64,000 nt of DNA from Bugula neritina (taxonomy: Eukaryota > Animalia > Bryozoa), in NCBI GenBank assembly GCA_964035545.1, contig OZ037766.1:18749081-18813080 (forward strand), given 5' to 3'. Both the position numbers and the translations under genes were made by a program. The notes below the pieces were generated by a model. That model had not been told where the DNA came from. It worked only from the letters and a program-made list of their open reading frames with translations, and made no database searches. Of the stretch, positions 13,479 through 28,509 are shown one piece after another (the first letter of the stretch is position 1; every line of letters starts with the position of its first letter).

Positions 13479-16400
13479 TATATTTCAGTAGTTTGCAACA
13501 TATTTCAGTAGGTTACCATATATTTCGGTATGTTGTAGCATATTTCAATGTGTTGCAGTGTTTTCAGTATGGTACAGTGTATTTCAGTATGTTGCAGTGT
13601 ATTTCAGTGTGTTACAGTATTTTTAGGTATATTTCAGTATGTTGAAGTATATTTTAGTATGTTGCAGTGTAATTCAGTATGTTGCAGTATATTTCAGTAT
13701 GTTGTCGTATGTTTTAGTACTTTACAGTACACTTCTGTATATTACAGTATACATCAGTGTGCTGCAGTGTCCTTTAGTATGTTGCGGTGTGTTTCAATCT
13801 GTTACAGTATATTTCTGTAGTTTACCATATATTTCGGTATGTTGCAGTATATTTCAATGTGGTGCACTGTATTTCAATATGTTACTGTGTATTTCAGTAT
13901 GTTGTAGTATGTTGCAGTGTATTTCAGTATGCTGCAGTGTATTTCAGTATGTTGCAGTAAGTTGCAGTATATTTCAGTATGTTACAGTGTATTTCAGTAT
14001 GTTGCAGTGTATTTCAGTGTGTTACAGTATATTTCAGTATGTTACAATACATTTCTTTATATTACACTATATTTCAGTGGGTTGCAGTGTAGTTCAGTGT
14101 GCTACAGCATATTTCAGTATGTTGCAGTGTTTTTCAATTTGTTACAGTATATTTCAGTATATTACCGTATATTTAAGTATGTTAAAGTTTATTCCGATGT
14201 GTTGCAGTGTATTTCAGTATGTTACAGTGTATTTCAGTGTGTTGCCGTATTTTGCAATATGTTTCAAATGTTACAGTGTATTTCAGTATGTTGCAGTATA
14301 TTTCAGTATGATACAATAAGTTTCAGTATGTTGGAGTATATTTCAGTGGGTTACAGTATATTTCAGTATGATACAGTGCATTTCGGTGCGTTACAGTATA
14401 TTTCAGTATGATACAGCGTACTTCAGTATGTTTCAGTGTATTTCAGTATGCTTCAATATTTTTAGGTATATTTCAGTATGTTGCAGTATATTTCAGTATG
14501 TTGTCGTATGTTTCAGTATTTTACAGGACATTTCTGTATATTACAGTATACTTCAGTGTGTTGCAGTGTATTTAAGTATGCTGCGATATGTTTAAATGTG
14601 TTACAGTATATTTCAGTAGTTTACCATATATTTCGGTATGTTGCAGTATATTTCAATGTGTTTCACTGCATTTCAATATGTTACAGTATATTTCATTATG
14701 TTGCAGTATCTTGCAGTATATTTCAGTAGTTTGCAACATATCTCAGTAGGTTACCATATATTTCGGTATGATGCAGCATATTTCAGTATGTTACAGTGTA
14801 TTTCAGTATGTTGCAGTATCTTGCAGTATATTTCAGTACTTTGCATCATATTTCAGTAGGTTACCCTATATTTCGGTATGTTGCAGCATATTTCAATCTG
14901 TTGCAGTGTGTTCGGTATATTGCAGTATATTTCAGTGGGTTATAGTATATTTCAGTATGATACAGCGTAGTTCAGTATGTTGCAATGTTTTTCAATATGT
15001 TGCAGTATATTTAAGTATGTTGCAGTATGTTTCAGTGGGTTACAGTATATTTCATTATGTTGCAGGATGTTACAGTATATTTCAGTAGTTTGCAACATAT
15101 TTCAGTAGGTTACCATATATTTCGGTATGTTGTAGCATATTTCAATGTGTTGCAGTGTTTTCAGTATGGTACAGTGTATTTCAGTATGTTGCAGTGTATT
15201 TCAGTGTGTTACAGTATTTTTAGGTATATTTCAGTATGTTGAAGTATATTTTAGTATGTTGCAGTGTAATTCAGTATGTTGCAGTATATTTCAGTATGTT
15301 GTCGTATGTTTTAGTACTTTACAGTACACTTCTGTATATTACAGTATACATCAGTGTGCTGCAGTGTCCTTTAGTATGTTGCGGTGTGTTTCAATCTGTT
15401 ACAGTATATTTCTGTAGTTTACCATATATTTCGGTATGTTGCAGTATATTTCAATGTGGTGCACTGTATTTCAATATGTTACTGTGTATTTCAGTATGTT
15501 GTAGTATGTTGCAGTGTATTTCAGTATGCTGCAGTGTATTTCAGTATGTTGCAGTAAGTTGCAGTATATTTCAGTATGTTACAGTGTATTTCAGTATGTT
15601 GCAGTGTATTTCAGTGTGTTACAGTATATTTCAGTATGTTACAATACATTTCTTTATATTACACTATATTTCAGTGGGTTGCAGTGTAGTTCAGTGTGCT
15701 ACAGCATATTTCAGTATGTTGCAGTGTTTTTCAATTTGTTACAGTATATTTCAGTATATTACCGTATATTTAAGTATGTTAAAGTTTATTCCGATGTGTT
15801 GCAGTGTATTTCAGTATGTTACAGTGTATTTCAGTGTGTTGCCGTATTTTGCAATATGTTTCAAATGTTACAGTGTATTTCAGTATGTTGCAGTATATTT
15901 CAGTATGATACAATAAGTTTCAGTATGTTGGAGTATATTTCAGTGGGTTACAGTATATTTCAGTATGATACAGTGCATTTCGGTGCGTTACAGTATATTT
16001 CAGTATGATACAGCGTACTTCAGTATGTTTCAGTGTATTTCAGTATGCTTCAATATTTTTAGGTATATTTCAGTATGTTGCAGTATATTTCAGTATGTTG
16101 TCGTATGTTTCAGTATTTTACAGGACATTTCTGTATATTACAGTATACTTCAGTGTGTTGCAGTGTATTTAAGTATGCTGCGATATGTTTAAATGTGTTA
16201 CAGTATATTTCAGTAGTTTACCATATATTTCGGTATGTTGCAGTATATTTCAATGTGTTTCACTGCATTTCAATATGTTACAGTATATTTCATTATGTTG
16301 CAGTATCTTGCAGTATATTTCAGTAGTTTGCAACATATCTCAGTAGGTTACCATATATTTCGGTATGATGCAGCATATTTCAGTATGTTACAGTGTATTT

Positions 16401-16714
16401 CAGTATGTTGCAGTATCTTGCAGTATATTTCAGTACTTTGCATCATATTTCAGTAGGTTACCCTATATTTCGGTATGTTGCAGCATATTTCAATCTGTTG
16501 CAGTGTGTTCGGTATATTGCAGTATATTTCAGTGGGTTATAGTATATTTCAGTATGATACAGCGTAGTTCAGTATGTTGCAATGTTTTTCAATATGTTGC
16601 AGTATATTTAAGTATGTTGCAGTATGTTTCAGTGGGTTACAGTATATTTCATTATGTTGCAGGATGTTACAGTATATTTCAGTAGTTTGCAACATATTTC
16701 AGTAGGTTACCATA
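13479..16714 (+). repeat. Tandem duplication, period 1597 bp (160 units, net -3)
   Basis: ORF offsets 13639/15236, 13917/15514, 14768/16365. Both copies share private variants at 13816/15413 and 14047/15644. Confidence 0.93.
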
Positions 16715-19700
16715 CATTACGGTATGTTGCAGTATATTTCAATGTGTTGCAGCGTATTTCAATATGTTACAGTGTATTTCAGTATGTTTTGGTGTATTTC
16801 AGTATGTTTCAAATTTTTTAGGTATATTTCAGTATGTTGAAGTATATTTTAGTATGTAGCAGTGTAATTCAGTACGTTGCAGTATATTTCAGTATGTTGT
16901 CGTATGTTTTAGTATTTTACAGTACATTTCTGTGTATTACAGTATACATCAGTGTGTTGCAGTGTACCTCAGTATGTTGCGGTGTGTTTCAATGTGTTAC
17001 AGTATATCTCAGTAGTTTACCATATATTTCGGTATGTTGCAGTATACTTCCGTATGTTACAATGTATTTCAGTATGTGGCGGTGTATTTCAGTGTGTTAA
17101 GGTATATTTCAGTATGTTACAGTACATTTCTTTATATTACACTATATTTCAGTGAGTTGCAGTGTAGTTCAGTGTGCTACAGCATATTTCAGTATGTTGC
17201 AGTGTTTTTCAATTTGTTACAGTATATTTCAGTATATTACCGTATATTTAAGTATGTTAAAGTTTATTCCGATGCGTTGCAGTGTATTTCAGTATGTTAC
17301 AGTGTCTTTCAGTATGTTGCAGTATTTTGCAAAATATTTCAAATGTTACAGTGTATTTCAGTATGTTGCAGTATATTTCAGTATGATACAATAAGTTTCA
17401 GTATGTTGGAGTACATTTCAGTGGGTTACAGTATATTTCAGTATGATACAATGCATTTCGGTGCGTTACAGTATATTTCAGTATGATACAGCGTATTTCG
17501 GTATTTTTCAGTGTATTTCAGTATGCTTCAATATTTTTAGGTATATTTCAGTATGTTGAAGTATATTTTAGTATGTTGCAGTGTAATTCAGTATGTTGCA
17601 GTGTACTTCAGTATGTTGTCGTATGTTTCAGTATTTTACAGGACATTTCTGTATATTACATTATACTTCAGTGTGTTGCAGTGTATTTCAGTATGCTGCG
17701 ATATGTTTAAGTGTGTTACAGTATTATTCAGTAGTTTACCATATATTTCGGTATGTTGCAGTATATTTCAATGTGTTGCACTGCATTTCAATATGATACA
17801 GTATATTTCATTATGTTGCAGTATGTTGCAGTATATTTCAGTAGTTTGCAACATATCTCAGTAGGTTAGCATATATTTCGGTATGATGCAGCGTATTTCA
17901 GTATGTTACAGTGTATTTCAGTATGTTGCAGCATATTTCAGTATGTTGCAGTCTGTTTCAGTATATTACAGTATATTCCAGTATTTTGCAGTTCATTTCA
18001 GGGTGTTACAGCATATTTCATTATGTTGCAATATGTTGCAGTATATTTCAGTAGTTTGCAACATATTTCAGTGGTTTACCATATATTTCGGTATGTTGCA
18101 GCGTATTTCAATCTGTTGCAGTGTTTTCCGTATGTTCCAGTATATTTCAGTGGGTTATAGTATATTTCAGTATGATACAGCGTAGTTCAGTATGTTGCAA
18201 TGTTTTTCAATATGTTGCAGTATATTTAAGTATGTTGTAGTATGTTTCAGTGGGTTACAGTATATTTCATTATGTTGCAGGATGTTACAGTATATTTCAG
18301 TAGTTTGCAACATATTTCAGTAGGTTACCATACATTACGGTATGTTGCAGTATATTTCAATGTGTTGCAGCGTATTTCAATATGTTACAGTGTATTTCAG
18401 TATGTTGCAGTATTGTGCAGTGTATTTCAGTATGTTATTGTGTATTTCAGTATGTTGTAGTATGTTGCAGTGTATTTCAGTATGTTGCAGTGTATTTCAG
18501 TATGTTGCAGTATGTTGCAGCATATTTCAGTATGTTACAGCGTATTTCAGTATGTTGCAGTGTGTTTCAGTGTGTTACAGTATAATATTTCAGTATGTTA
18601 GAGTACACTTCCGTAAATTACACTATACTTCAGTGAGTTGTAGTCTATTTCAGTATCTTGCAGTATATCTCAGTATGTTAAGTATATTTCAGCATGTTGC
18701 GGTATATTTCAGTGTGTTACAGTATATTTCATTATGTTACAGTGCATTTCCAGATATTACACTATACTTCAGTGAGTTTTAGTGTTTTTCAGTAAGTTGC
18801 AGTATGTTTCGGTATCTTGCAACATATTTCAATGTGTTGCAATGTATTTCAATATGTTACAGTGTATTTCAGTATGTTGCAGCATGTTGAAGTGTATTTC
18901 AGTATGTTACAGTGTATTTCAGTATGTTGCAGTATATTATTTCAGTGGGTTACAGTATATTCCAGTATGTTGCAGTATGTTGCAGTATATTTCAGTATGT
19001 TGCAGTATATTATTTCATGGGGTTACAGTATATTCCAGCATGTTGCAGTATGTTGCAGTATATTTCAGTAGTTTGCAACATATTTCTGTAGGTTACCATA
19101 TATTTCGGTACGTTGCAGTATATTTCAATGTGTTGCAGTGTATTTCAATATGTTACAGTGTATTTCGGTATGTTGCAGTATGTTGCAGTATGTTACAGTG
19201 TATTTCAGTATGTTGCAGTGTATTTCAGTGTGTTACAGTATATTTCAGTATGTTATAGCACATTTCTTTATATTACACTATATTTCAGTGAGTTGCAGTG
19301 TAGTTCAGTGTGCTACAGCATATCTCAGTATGCTGCAGTGTTTTTCAATTTGTTACAGTATATTACAGTATATTACCGTATATTTAAGTATGTCAAAGTT
19401 TGTTCCGATGTGCTGCAGTGTATTTCAGTATGTTGCAGTGTATTTCTGTATGTTGCAGTATGTTGCAGCATATTTCAGTATATTACAGCGTATTTCAGTA
19501 TGTTGCAGTGTATTTCAGTGTGTTACAGCATAATATTTCAGTATGTTAGAGTACACTTCCGTAAATTACGCTATACTTCAGTGAGTTGTAGTCTATTTCA
19601 GTATCTTTCAGTATATCTCAGTATGTTACATTATATTTCAACATGTTGCGGTATATTTCAGTGTGTTACTGTATATTTCATTATGTTACAGTGCATTTCC

Positions 19701-22700
19701 AGATATTACACTATACTTCAGTGAGTTTTAGTGTCTTTCAGTATGTTGCAGTATATTTCGGTATCTTGCAACATATTTCAATGTGTTGCAATGTATTTCA
19801 ATATGTTACAGTGTATTTCAGTATGTTGCAGCATGTTGCAGTGTATTTCAGTATGTTACAGTGTATTTCAGTATGTTGCAGTATATTATTTCAGTGGGTT
19901 ACAGTATATTCCAGTATGTTGCAGTATGTTGCAGTATATTATTTCAGTGGGTTACAGTATATTCCAGTATGTTGCAGTATGTTGCAGTATATTTCAGTAG
20001 TTTGCAACATATTTCTGTAGGTTACCATATATTTCGGTATGTTTCAGTATATTTCAATGTGTTGCAGTGTATTTCAATATGTTACAGTGTATTTTGGTAT
20101 GTTGCAGTATGTTACAGTGTATTTCAGTATGTTGCAGTGTATTTCAGTGTGTTACAGTATTTTTCAGTATGTTATAGCACATTTCTTTATATTACACTAT
20201 ATTTCAGTGAGTTGCAGTGTAGTTCAGCGTGCTACAGCATATCTCAGTATGTTGCAGTGTTTTTCAATTGGTTACAGTATATTTCAGTATATTACCGTAT
20301 ATTTAAGTGTGTCAAAGTTTATTCCGATGTGTTGCAGCGTATTTCAGTATGTTACAGTGTATTTCAGTATGTTGCAGTATTTTGCAATATATTTCAAATG
20401 TTACAGTGTATTTCAGTATGTTGCAGTATATTTCAGTATGATACAATAGGTTTCAGTATGTTGAAGTATATTTCAGTGGGTTACAGTATATTTCAGTATG
20501 ATACAGTGCATTTCGGTGCGTTACAGTATATTTCAGTATGATACAGCGTATTTCAGTATGTTTCAGTGTTTTTCAGTATACTTCAATATTTTTAGGTATA
20601 TTTCAGTGTGTTGAAGTATATTTTAGTATGTTGCAGTGTAATTCAATATGTTACAGTGTATTTCAGTATGTTGCAGTATGTTGCAGTGTATTTCAGTATG
20701 TTATGGTGTATTTCAGTATGTTGCAGTGTCTTGCAGTATATTTCAGTATGTTGCAGTATATTTCAGTACGTTGCAGTATATTTCAGTATGTTGCAGTATG
20801 TTTTAGTACTTTACAGTTCATTTCTGTATATTACAGTATACATCAGTATGTTGCAGTGTCCTTCAGTATGTTGCGGTGTGTTTCAATGTGTTACAGTATA
20901 TTTCAGTAGTTACCATATATTTCGGTATGTTGCAGTATATTCCAATGTGGTGCACTGTATTTCAATATGTTACTGTGTACTTCAGTATGTTGTAATATGT
21001 TGCAGTGTATTTCAGTATGTTGCAGTGTAATTCAGTATGTTGCAGTATGTTCTAGTATATTTCAGTATGTTACAGTGTATTTCAGTATGTTGCAGTGTAT
21101 TTCAGTGTGTTACAGTATATTTCAGTATGTTACAGTATATTTCTTCATATTACACTATATTTCAGTGAGTTGCAGTGTAGTTCAGTGTGCTACAGCATAT
21201 TTCAGTATGTTGCAGTGTTGTTCAATTTGTTACAGTACATTTCAGTTTATTACCGTAAATTTAAGTATGTTAAAGTTTATTCCGATGTGTTACAGTGTAT
21301 TTCAGTATGTTACAGTGTATTTCAGTATGTTGCAGTATTTTGCAATATATTTCAAATGTTACAGTGTATTTCAGTATGTTGCAGTATATTTCAGTATGAT
21401 ACAATAAGTTTCAGTATGTTGGAGTATATTTCAGTGGGTTACAGTATATTTCAGTATGATACAGTGCGTTTTGGCGCGTTACAGTAAATTTCAGTATGAT
21501 ACAGCGTATTTCAGTATGTTTCAGTGTATTTCAGTATGCTTCAATATTTTTAAGTATATTTCAGTATGTTGAAGTATATTTTAGTATGTTGCAGTGTAAT
21601 TCAGTATGTTGCAGTATATTTCAGTATGTTGTCGTATGTTTCGGTGTTTTACAGGACATTTCTGTATATTACAGTATACTTCAGTGTGTTGCAGTGTATT
21701 TCAGTATGCTGCGATATGTTTAAATGTGTTACAGTATATTTCAGTAGTTTACCATATATTTCGGTATGTTGCAGTATATTTCAATGTGTTGAGCTGCATT
21801 TCAATATATTACAGTATATTTCATTTTGTTGCAGTATGTTGCAGTATATTTCAGTAGTTTGCAACATATCTCAGTAGGTTACCATATATTTCGGTATGAT
21901 GCAGCATATTTCAGTATGTTACGGTGTATTTCAGTATGTTGCAGTATCTTGCAGTATATTTCAGTATGTAGCAGTATATTTCAGTATGTTGCAGTCTGTT
22001 TCAGTATATTACAGTATATTCCAGTATTTTGCAGTATGTTTCAGGGTGTTACAGTATATTTCATTATGTTGCAGTATGTTGCAGTATATTTCAGTAGTTT
22101 GCAACATATTTCAGCAGGTTACCATATATTGCGGTATGTTGCAGTATATTTCAATGTGTTGCAGCGTATATCAATATGTTACAGTGTATTTCAGTATGTT
22201 GCAGTATGTTGCAGTGTATTTCAGTATGTTATGGTGCATTTCAGTATGTTTCAACATTTTTAGGTATATTTCAGTATGTTGAAGTATATTTTAGTATGTT
22301 GCAGTGTAATTCAGTATGTTGTCGTATGTTTTAGTATTTTACAGTACATTTCGGTATATTGCAGTATACATCAGTGTGTTGCAGTGTACTTCAGTATGTT
22401 GCGGTGTGTTTCAATGTGTTACAGTATATTTCAGTAGTTTACCATTTATTTCGGTATGTTGCAGTATATTTCAAGGTGGTGCACTGTATTTCAATATGTT
22501 ACTGTGTATTTGAGTATGTTGTAGTATGTTGCATTGTATTTCAGTATGTTGCAGTGTATTTCAGTATGTTGCAGTATGTTGCAGTGTATTTCAGTATGTT
22601 ACAGTGTATTTCAGTAAGTTGCAGTATCTTGCAGTATATTTCAGTATGTTGCAGTTGATTTCAGTATGTTGCAGTATGTTTTAGTACTTTACAGTTCATT

Positions 22701-24194
22701 TCTGTATATTACAGTATACATTAGTATGTTGCAGTGTCCTTCAGTATGTTGCGGTGTTTTTCAATGTGTTACAGTATATTTCAGTAGTTTACCATACATT
22801 TCGGTATGTTGCAGTATATTTCAATGTGGTGCACTGTTTTTCAATATGTTACTGTGTACTTCAGTATGTTGTAGTATGTTGCAGCGTATTTCAGTATGTT
22901 GGAGTGTATTTCAGTATGTTGCAGTATGTTCTAGTATATTTCAGTATGTTACAGTGTATTTCAGTATGTTGCAGTGTTGTTCAATTTGTTACAGTACATT
23001 TCAGTATATTACCAAAAATTTAAGTATGTTAAAGTTTATTCCGATTTGTTGCAGTGTATCTCAGTATGTTAGAGTGTATTTCAGTATGTTGCAGTATTTT
23101 GCAATATATTTCAAATGTTACAGTGTATTTCAGTATGTTGCAGTATATTTCAGTATGATACAATAAGTTTCAGTATGTTGGAGTATATTTCAGTGGGTTA
23201 CAGTATATTTCAGTATGATACAGTGCGTTTTGGTGCGTTACAGTATATTTCAGTATGATACAGCGTATTTCAGTATGTTTCTGTGTATTTCAGTATGCTT
23301 AAATATTTTTAAGTATATTTCAGTATGTTGAAGTATATTTTAGTATGTTGCAGTGTAATTCAGTATGTTGCAGTATATTTCAGTAGTTTGCAACATATTT
23401 CTGTAGGTTACCATATATTTCGGTACGTTGCAGTATATTTCAATGTGTTGCAGTGTATTTCAATATGTTACAGTGTATTTCGGTATGTTGCAGTATGTTG
23501 CAGTATGTTACAGTGTATTTCAGTATGTTGCAGTGTATTTCAGTGTGTTACAGTGTATTTCAGTATGTTACAGCACATTTCTTTATATTACACTATATTT
23601 CAGTGAGTTGCAGTGTAGTTCAGTGTGCTACAGCCTATCTCAGTATGTTGCAGTGTTTTTCAATTTGTTACAGTATATTACAGTATATTACCGTATATTT
23701 AAGTATGTCAAAGTTTATTCCGATGTGTTGCAGTGTATTTCAGTATGTTGCACTGTATTTCAGTATGTTGCAGTATGTTGCAGCATATTTCAGTATGTTA
23801 CAGCGTATTTCAGTATGTTGCAGTGTATTTCAGTGTGTTACAGCATAATATTTCAGTATGTTAGAGTACACTTCAGTAAATTACGCTATACTTCAGTGAG
23901 TTGTAGTCTATTTCAGTATCTTGCAGTATATCTCAGTATGTTACATTATATTTCAACATGTTGCGGTATATTTCAGTGTGTTACAGTATATTTCATTATG
24001 TTACAGTGCATTTCCAGATATTACACTATACTTCAGTGAGTTTTAGTGTCTTTCAGTATGTTGCAGTATATTTCGGTATCTTTCAACATATTTCAATGTG
24101 TTGCAATGTATTTCAATATGTTACAGTGTATTTCAGTATGTTACAGTGTATTTCAGTAGGTTACAATATCTTGCAGTATATTTCAGTGTGTTGC

Positions 24195-24222
24195 ACTGCA
24201 ACATACTGCAGTATGTTGCAGT
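24195..24222. repeat. Perfect 28-bp palindrome (micro-inverted satellite unit), copy 1
   Basis: ACTGCAACATACTG|CAGTATGTTGCAGT is its own reverse complement. Confidence 0.95.
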
Positions 24223-27200
24223 ATATTATTTCAGTGGGTTACAGTATATTCCAGTATGTTGCAGTATGTTGCAGTATATTTCAGTAGTTTGCAACATATT
24301 TCCGTAGGTTACCATATATTTCGGTATGTTGCAGTATATTTCAATGTGTTGCAGTGTATTTCAATATGTTACAGTGTATTTTGGTATGTTGAAGTATGTT
24401 ACAGTGTATTTCAGTATGTTGCAGTGTATTTCAGTGTGTTACAGTATTTTTCAGTATGTTATAGCACATTTCTTTATATTACACTATATTTCAGTGAGTT
24501 GCAGTGTAGTTCAGTGTGCTACAGCATATCTCAGTATGTTGCAGTGTTTTTCAATTGGTTACAGTATATTTCAGTATATTACCGTATATTTAAGTGTGTC
24601 AAAGTTTATTCCGATGTGTTGCAGTGTATTTCAGTATGTTACAGTGTATTTCAGTATGTTGCAGTATTTTGCAATATATTTCAAATGTTACAGTGTATTC
24701 CAGTATGTTGCAGTATATTTCAGTATGATACAATAGGTTTCAGTATGTTGAAGTATATTTCAGTGGGTTACAGTATATTTCAGTATGATACAGTGCATTT
24801 CGGTGCGTTACAGTATATTTCAGTATGATACAGCGTATTTCAGTATGTTTCAGTGTATTTCAGTATACTTCAATATTTTTAGGTATATTTCAGTATGTTG
24901 AAGTCTATTTTAGTATGTTGCAGTGTAATTCAATATGTTACAGTGTATTTCAGTATGTTGCAGTATGTTGCAGTGTATTTCAGTATGTTATGGTGTATTT
25001 CAGTATGTTGCAGTGTCTTGCAGTATATTTCAGTATGTTGCAGTATATTTCAGTATGTTGCAGTATATTTCAGTATGTTGCAGTATGTTTTAGTACTTTA
25101 CAGTTCATTTCTGTATATTACAGTATACATCAGTATGTTGCAGTGTCCTTCAGTATGTTGCGGTGTGTTTCAATGTGTTACAGTATATTTCAGTAGTTAC
25201 CATATATTTCGGTATGTTGCAGTATATTCCAATGTGGTGCACTGTATTTCAATATGTTACTGTGTACTTCAGTATGTTGTAATATGTTGCAGTGTATTTC
25301 AGTATGTTGCAGTGTATTTCAGTATGTTGCAGTATGTTCTAGTATATTTCAGTATGTTACAGTGTATTTCAATATGTTGCAGTGTATTTCAGTGTGTTAC
25401 AGTATATTTCAGTATGTTACAGTATATTTCTTCATATTACACTATATTTCAGTGAGTTGCAGTGTAGTTCAGTGTGCTACAGCATATTTCAGTATGTTGC
25501 AGTGTTGTTCAATTTGTTACAGTACATTTCAGTTTATTACCGTAAATTTAAGTATGTTAAAGTTTATTCCGATGTGTTACAGTGTATTTCAGTATGTTAC
25601 AGTGTATTTCAGTATGTTGCAGTATTTTGCAATATATTTCAAATGTTACAGTGTATTTCAGTATGTTGCAGTATATTTCAGTATGATACAATAAGTTTCA
25701 GTATGTTGGAGTATATTTCAGTGGGTTACAGTATATTTCAGTATGATACAGTGCGTTTTGGCGCGTTACAGTAAATTTCAGTATGATACAGCGTATTTCA
25801 GTATGTTTCAGTGTATTTCAGTATGCTTCAATATTTTTAAGTATATTTCAGTATGTTGAAGTATATTTTAGTATGTTGCAGTGTAATTCAGTATGTTGCA
25901 GTATATTTCAGTATGTTGTCGTATGTTTCGGTGTTTTACAGGACATTTCTGTATATTACAGTATACTTCAGTGTGTTGCAGTGTATTTCAGTATGCTGCG
26001 ATATGTTTAAATGTGTTACAGTATATTTCAGTAGTTTACCATATATTTCGGTATGTTGCAGTATATTTCAATGTGTTGAGCTGCATTTCAATATATTACA
26101 GTATATTTCATTTTGTTGCAGTATGTTGCAGTATATTTCAGTAGTTTGCAACATATCTCAGTAGGTTACCATATATTTCGGTATGATGCAGCATATTTCA
26201 GTATGTTACGGTGTATTTCAGTATGTTGCAGTATCTTGCAGTATATTTCAGTATGTAGCAGTATATTTCAGTATGTTGCAGTCTGTTTCAGTATATTACA
26301 GTATATTCCAGTATTTTGCAGTATGTTTCAGGGTGTTACAGTATATTTCATTATGTTGCAGTATGTTGCAGTATATTTCAGTAGTTTGCAACATATTTCA
26401 GCAGGTTACCATATATTGCGGTATGTTGCAGTATATTTCAATGTGTTGCAGCGTATATCAATATGTTACAGTGTATTTCAGTATGTTGCAGTATGTTGCA
26501 GTGTATTTCAGTATGTTATGGTGCATTTCAGTATGTTTCAACATTTTTAGGTATATTTCAGTATGTTGAAGTATATTTTAGTATGTTGCAGTGTAATTCA
26601 GTATGTTGTCGTATGTTTTAGTATTTTACAGTACATTTCGGTATATTGCAGTATACATCAGTGTGTTGCAGTGTACTTCAGTATGTTGCGGTGTGTTTCA
26701 ATGTGTTACAGTATATTTCAGTAGTTTACCATTTATTTCGGTATGTTGCAGTATATTTCAAGGTGGTGCACTGTATTTCAATATGTTACTGTGTATTTGA
26801 GTATGTTGTAGTATGTTGCATTGTATTTCAGTATGTTGCAGTGTATTTCAGTATGTTGCAGTATGTTGCAGTGTATTTCAGTATGTTACAGTGTATTTCA
26901 GTAAGTTGCAGTATCTTGCAGTATATTTCAGTATGTTGCAGTTGATTTCAGTATGTTGCAGTATGTTTTAGTACTTTACAGTTCATTTCTGTATATTACA
27001 GTATACATTAGTATGTTGCAGTGTCCTTCAGTATGTTGCGGTGTTTTTCAATGTGTTACAGTATATTTCAGTAGTTTACCATACATTTCGGTATGTTGCA
27101 GTATATTTCAATGTGGTGCACTGTTTTTCAATATGTTACTGTGTACTTCAGTATGTTGTAGTATGTTGCAGCGTATTTCAGTATGTTGGAGTGTATTTCA

Positions 27201-28481
27201 GTATGTTGCAGTATGTTCTAGTATATTTCAGTATGTTACAGTGTATTTCAGTATGTTGCAGTGTTGTTCAATTTGTTACAGTACATTTCAGTATATTACC
27301 AAAAATTTAAGTATGTTAAAGTTTATTCCGATTTGTTGCAGTGTATCTCAGTATGTTAGAGTGTATTTCAGTATGTTGCAGTATTTTGCAATATATTTCA
27401 AATGTTACAGTGTATTTCAGTATGTTGCAGTATATTTCAGTATGATACAATAAGTTTCAGTATGTTGGAGTATATTTCAGTGGGTTACAGTATATTTCAG
27501 TATGATACAGTGCGTTTTGGTGCGTTACAGTATATTTCAGTATGATACAGCGTATTTCAGTATGTTTCTGTGTATTTCAGTATGCTTAAATATTTTTAAG
27601 TATATTTCAGTATGTTGAAGTATATTTTAGTATGTTGCAGTGTAATTCAGTATGTTGCAGTATATTTCAGTAGTTTGCAACATATTTCTGTAGGTTACCA
27701 TATATTTCGGTACGTTGCAGTATATTTCAATGTGTTGCAGTGTATTTCAATATGTTACAGTGTATTTCGGTATGTTGCAGTATGTTGCAGTATGTTACAG
27801 TGTATTTCAGTATGTTGCAGTGTATTTCAGTGTGTTACAGTGTATTTCAGTATGTTACAGCACATTTCTTTATATTACACTATATTTCAGTGAGTTGCAG
27901 TGTAGTTCAGTGTGCTACAGCCTATCTCAGTATGTTGCAGTGTTTTTCAATTTGTTACAGTATATTACAGTATATTACCGTATATTTAAGTATGTCAAAG
28001 TTTATTCCGATGTGTTGCAGTGTATTTCAGTATGTTGCACTGTATTTCAGTATGTTGCAGTATGTTGCAGCATATTTCAGTATGTTACAGCGTATTTCAG
28101 TATGTTGCAGTGTATTTCAGTGTGTTACAGCATAATATTTCAGTATGTTAGAGTACACTTCAGTAAATTACGCTATACTTCAGTGAGTTGTAGTCTATTT
28201 CAGTATCTTGCAGTATATCTCAGTATGTTACATTATATTTCAACATGTTGCGGTATATTTCAGTGTGTTACAGTATATTTCATTATGTTACAGTGCATTT
28301 CCAGATATTACACTATACTTCAGTGAGTTTTAGTGTCTTTCAGTATGTTGCAGTATATTTCGGTATCTTTCAACATATTTCAATGTGTTGCAATGTATTT
28401 CAATATGTTACAGTGTATTTCAGTATGTTACAGTGTATTTCAGTAGGTTACAATATCTTGCAGTATATTTCAGTGTGTTGC

Positions 28482-28509
28482 ACTGCAACATACTGCAGTA
28501 TGTTGCAGT
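28482..28509. repeat. Perfect 28-bp palindrome, copy 2 (carried by the 4287-bp duplication)
   Basis: Same sequence at offset 4287. Confidence 0.95.
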
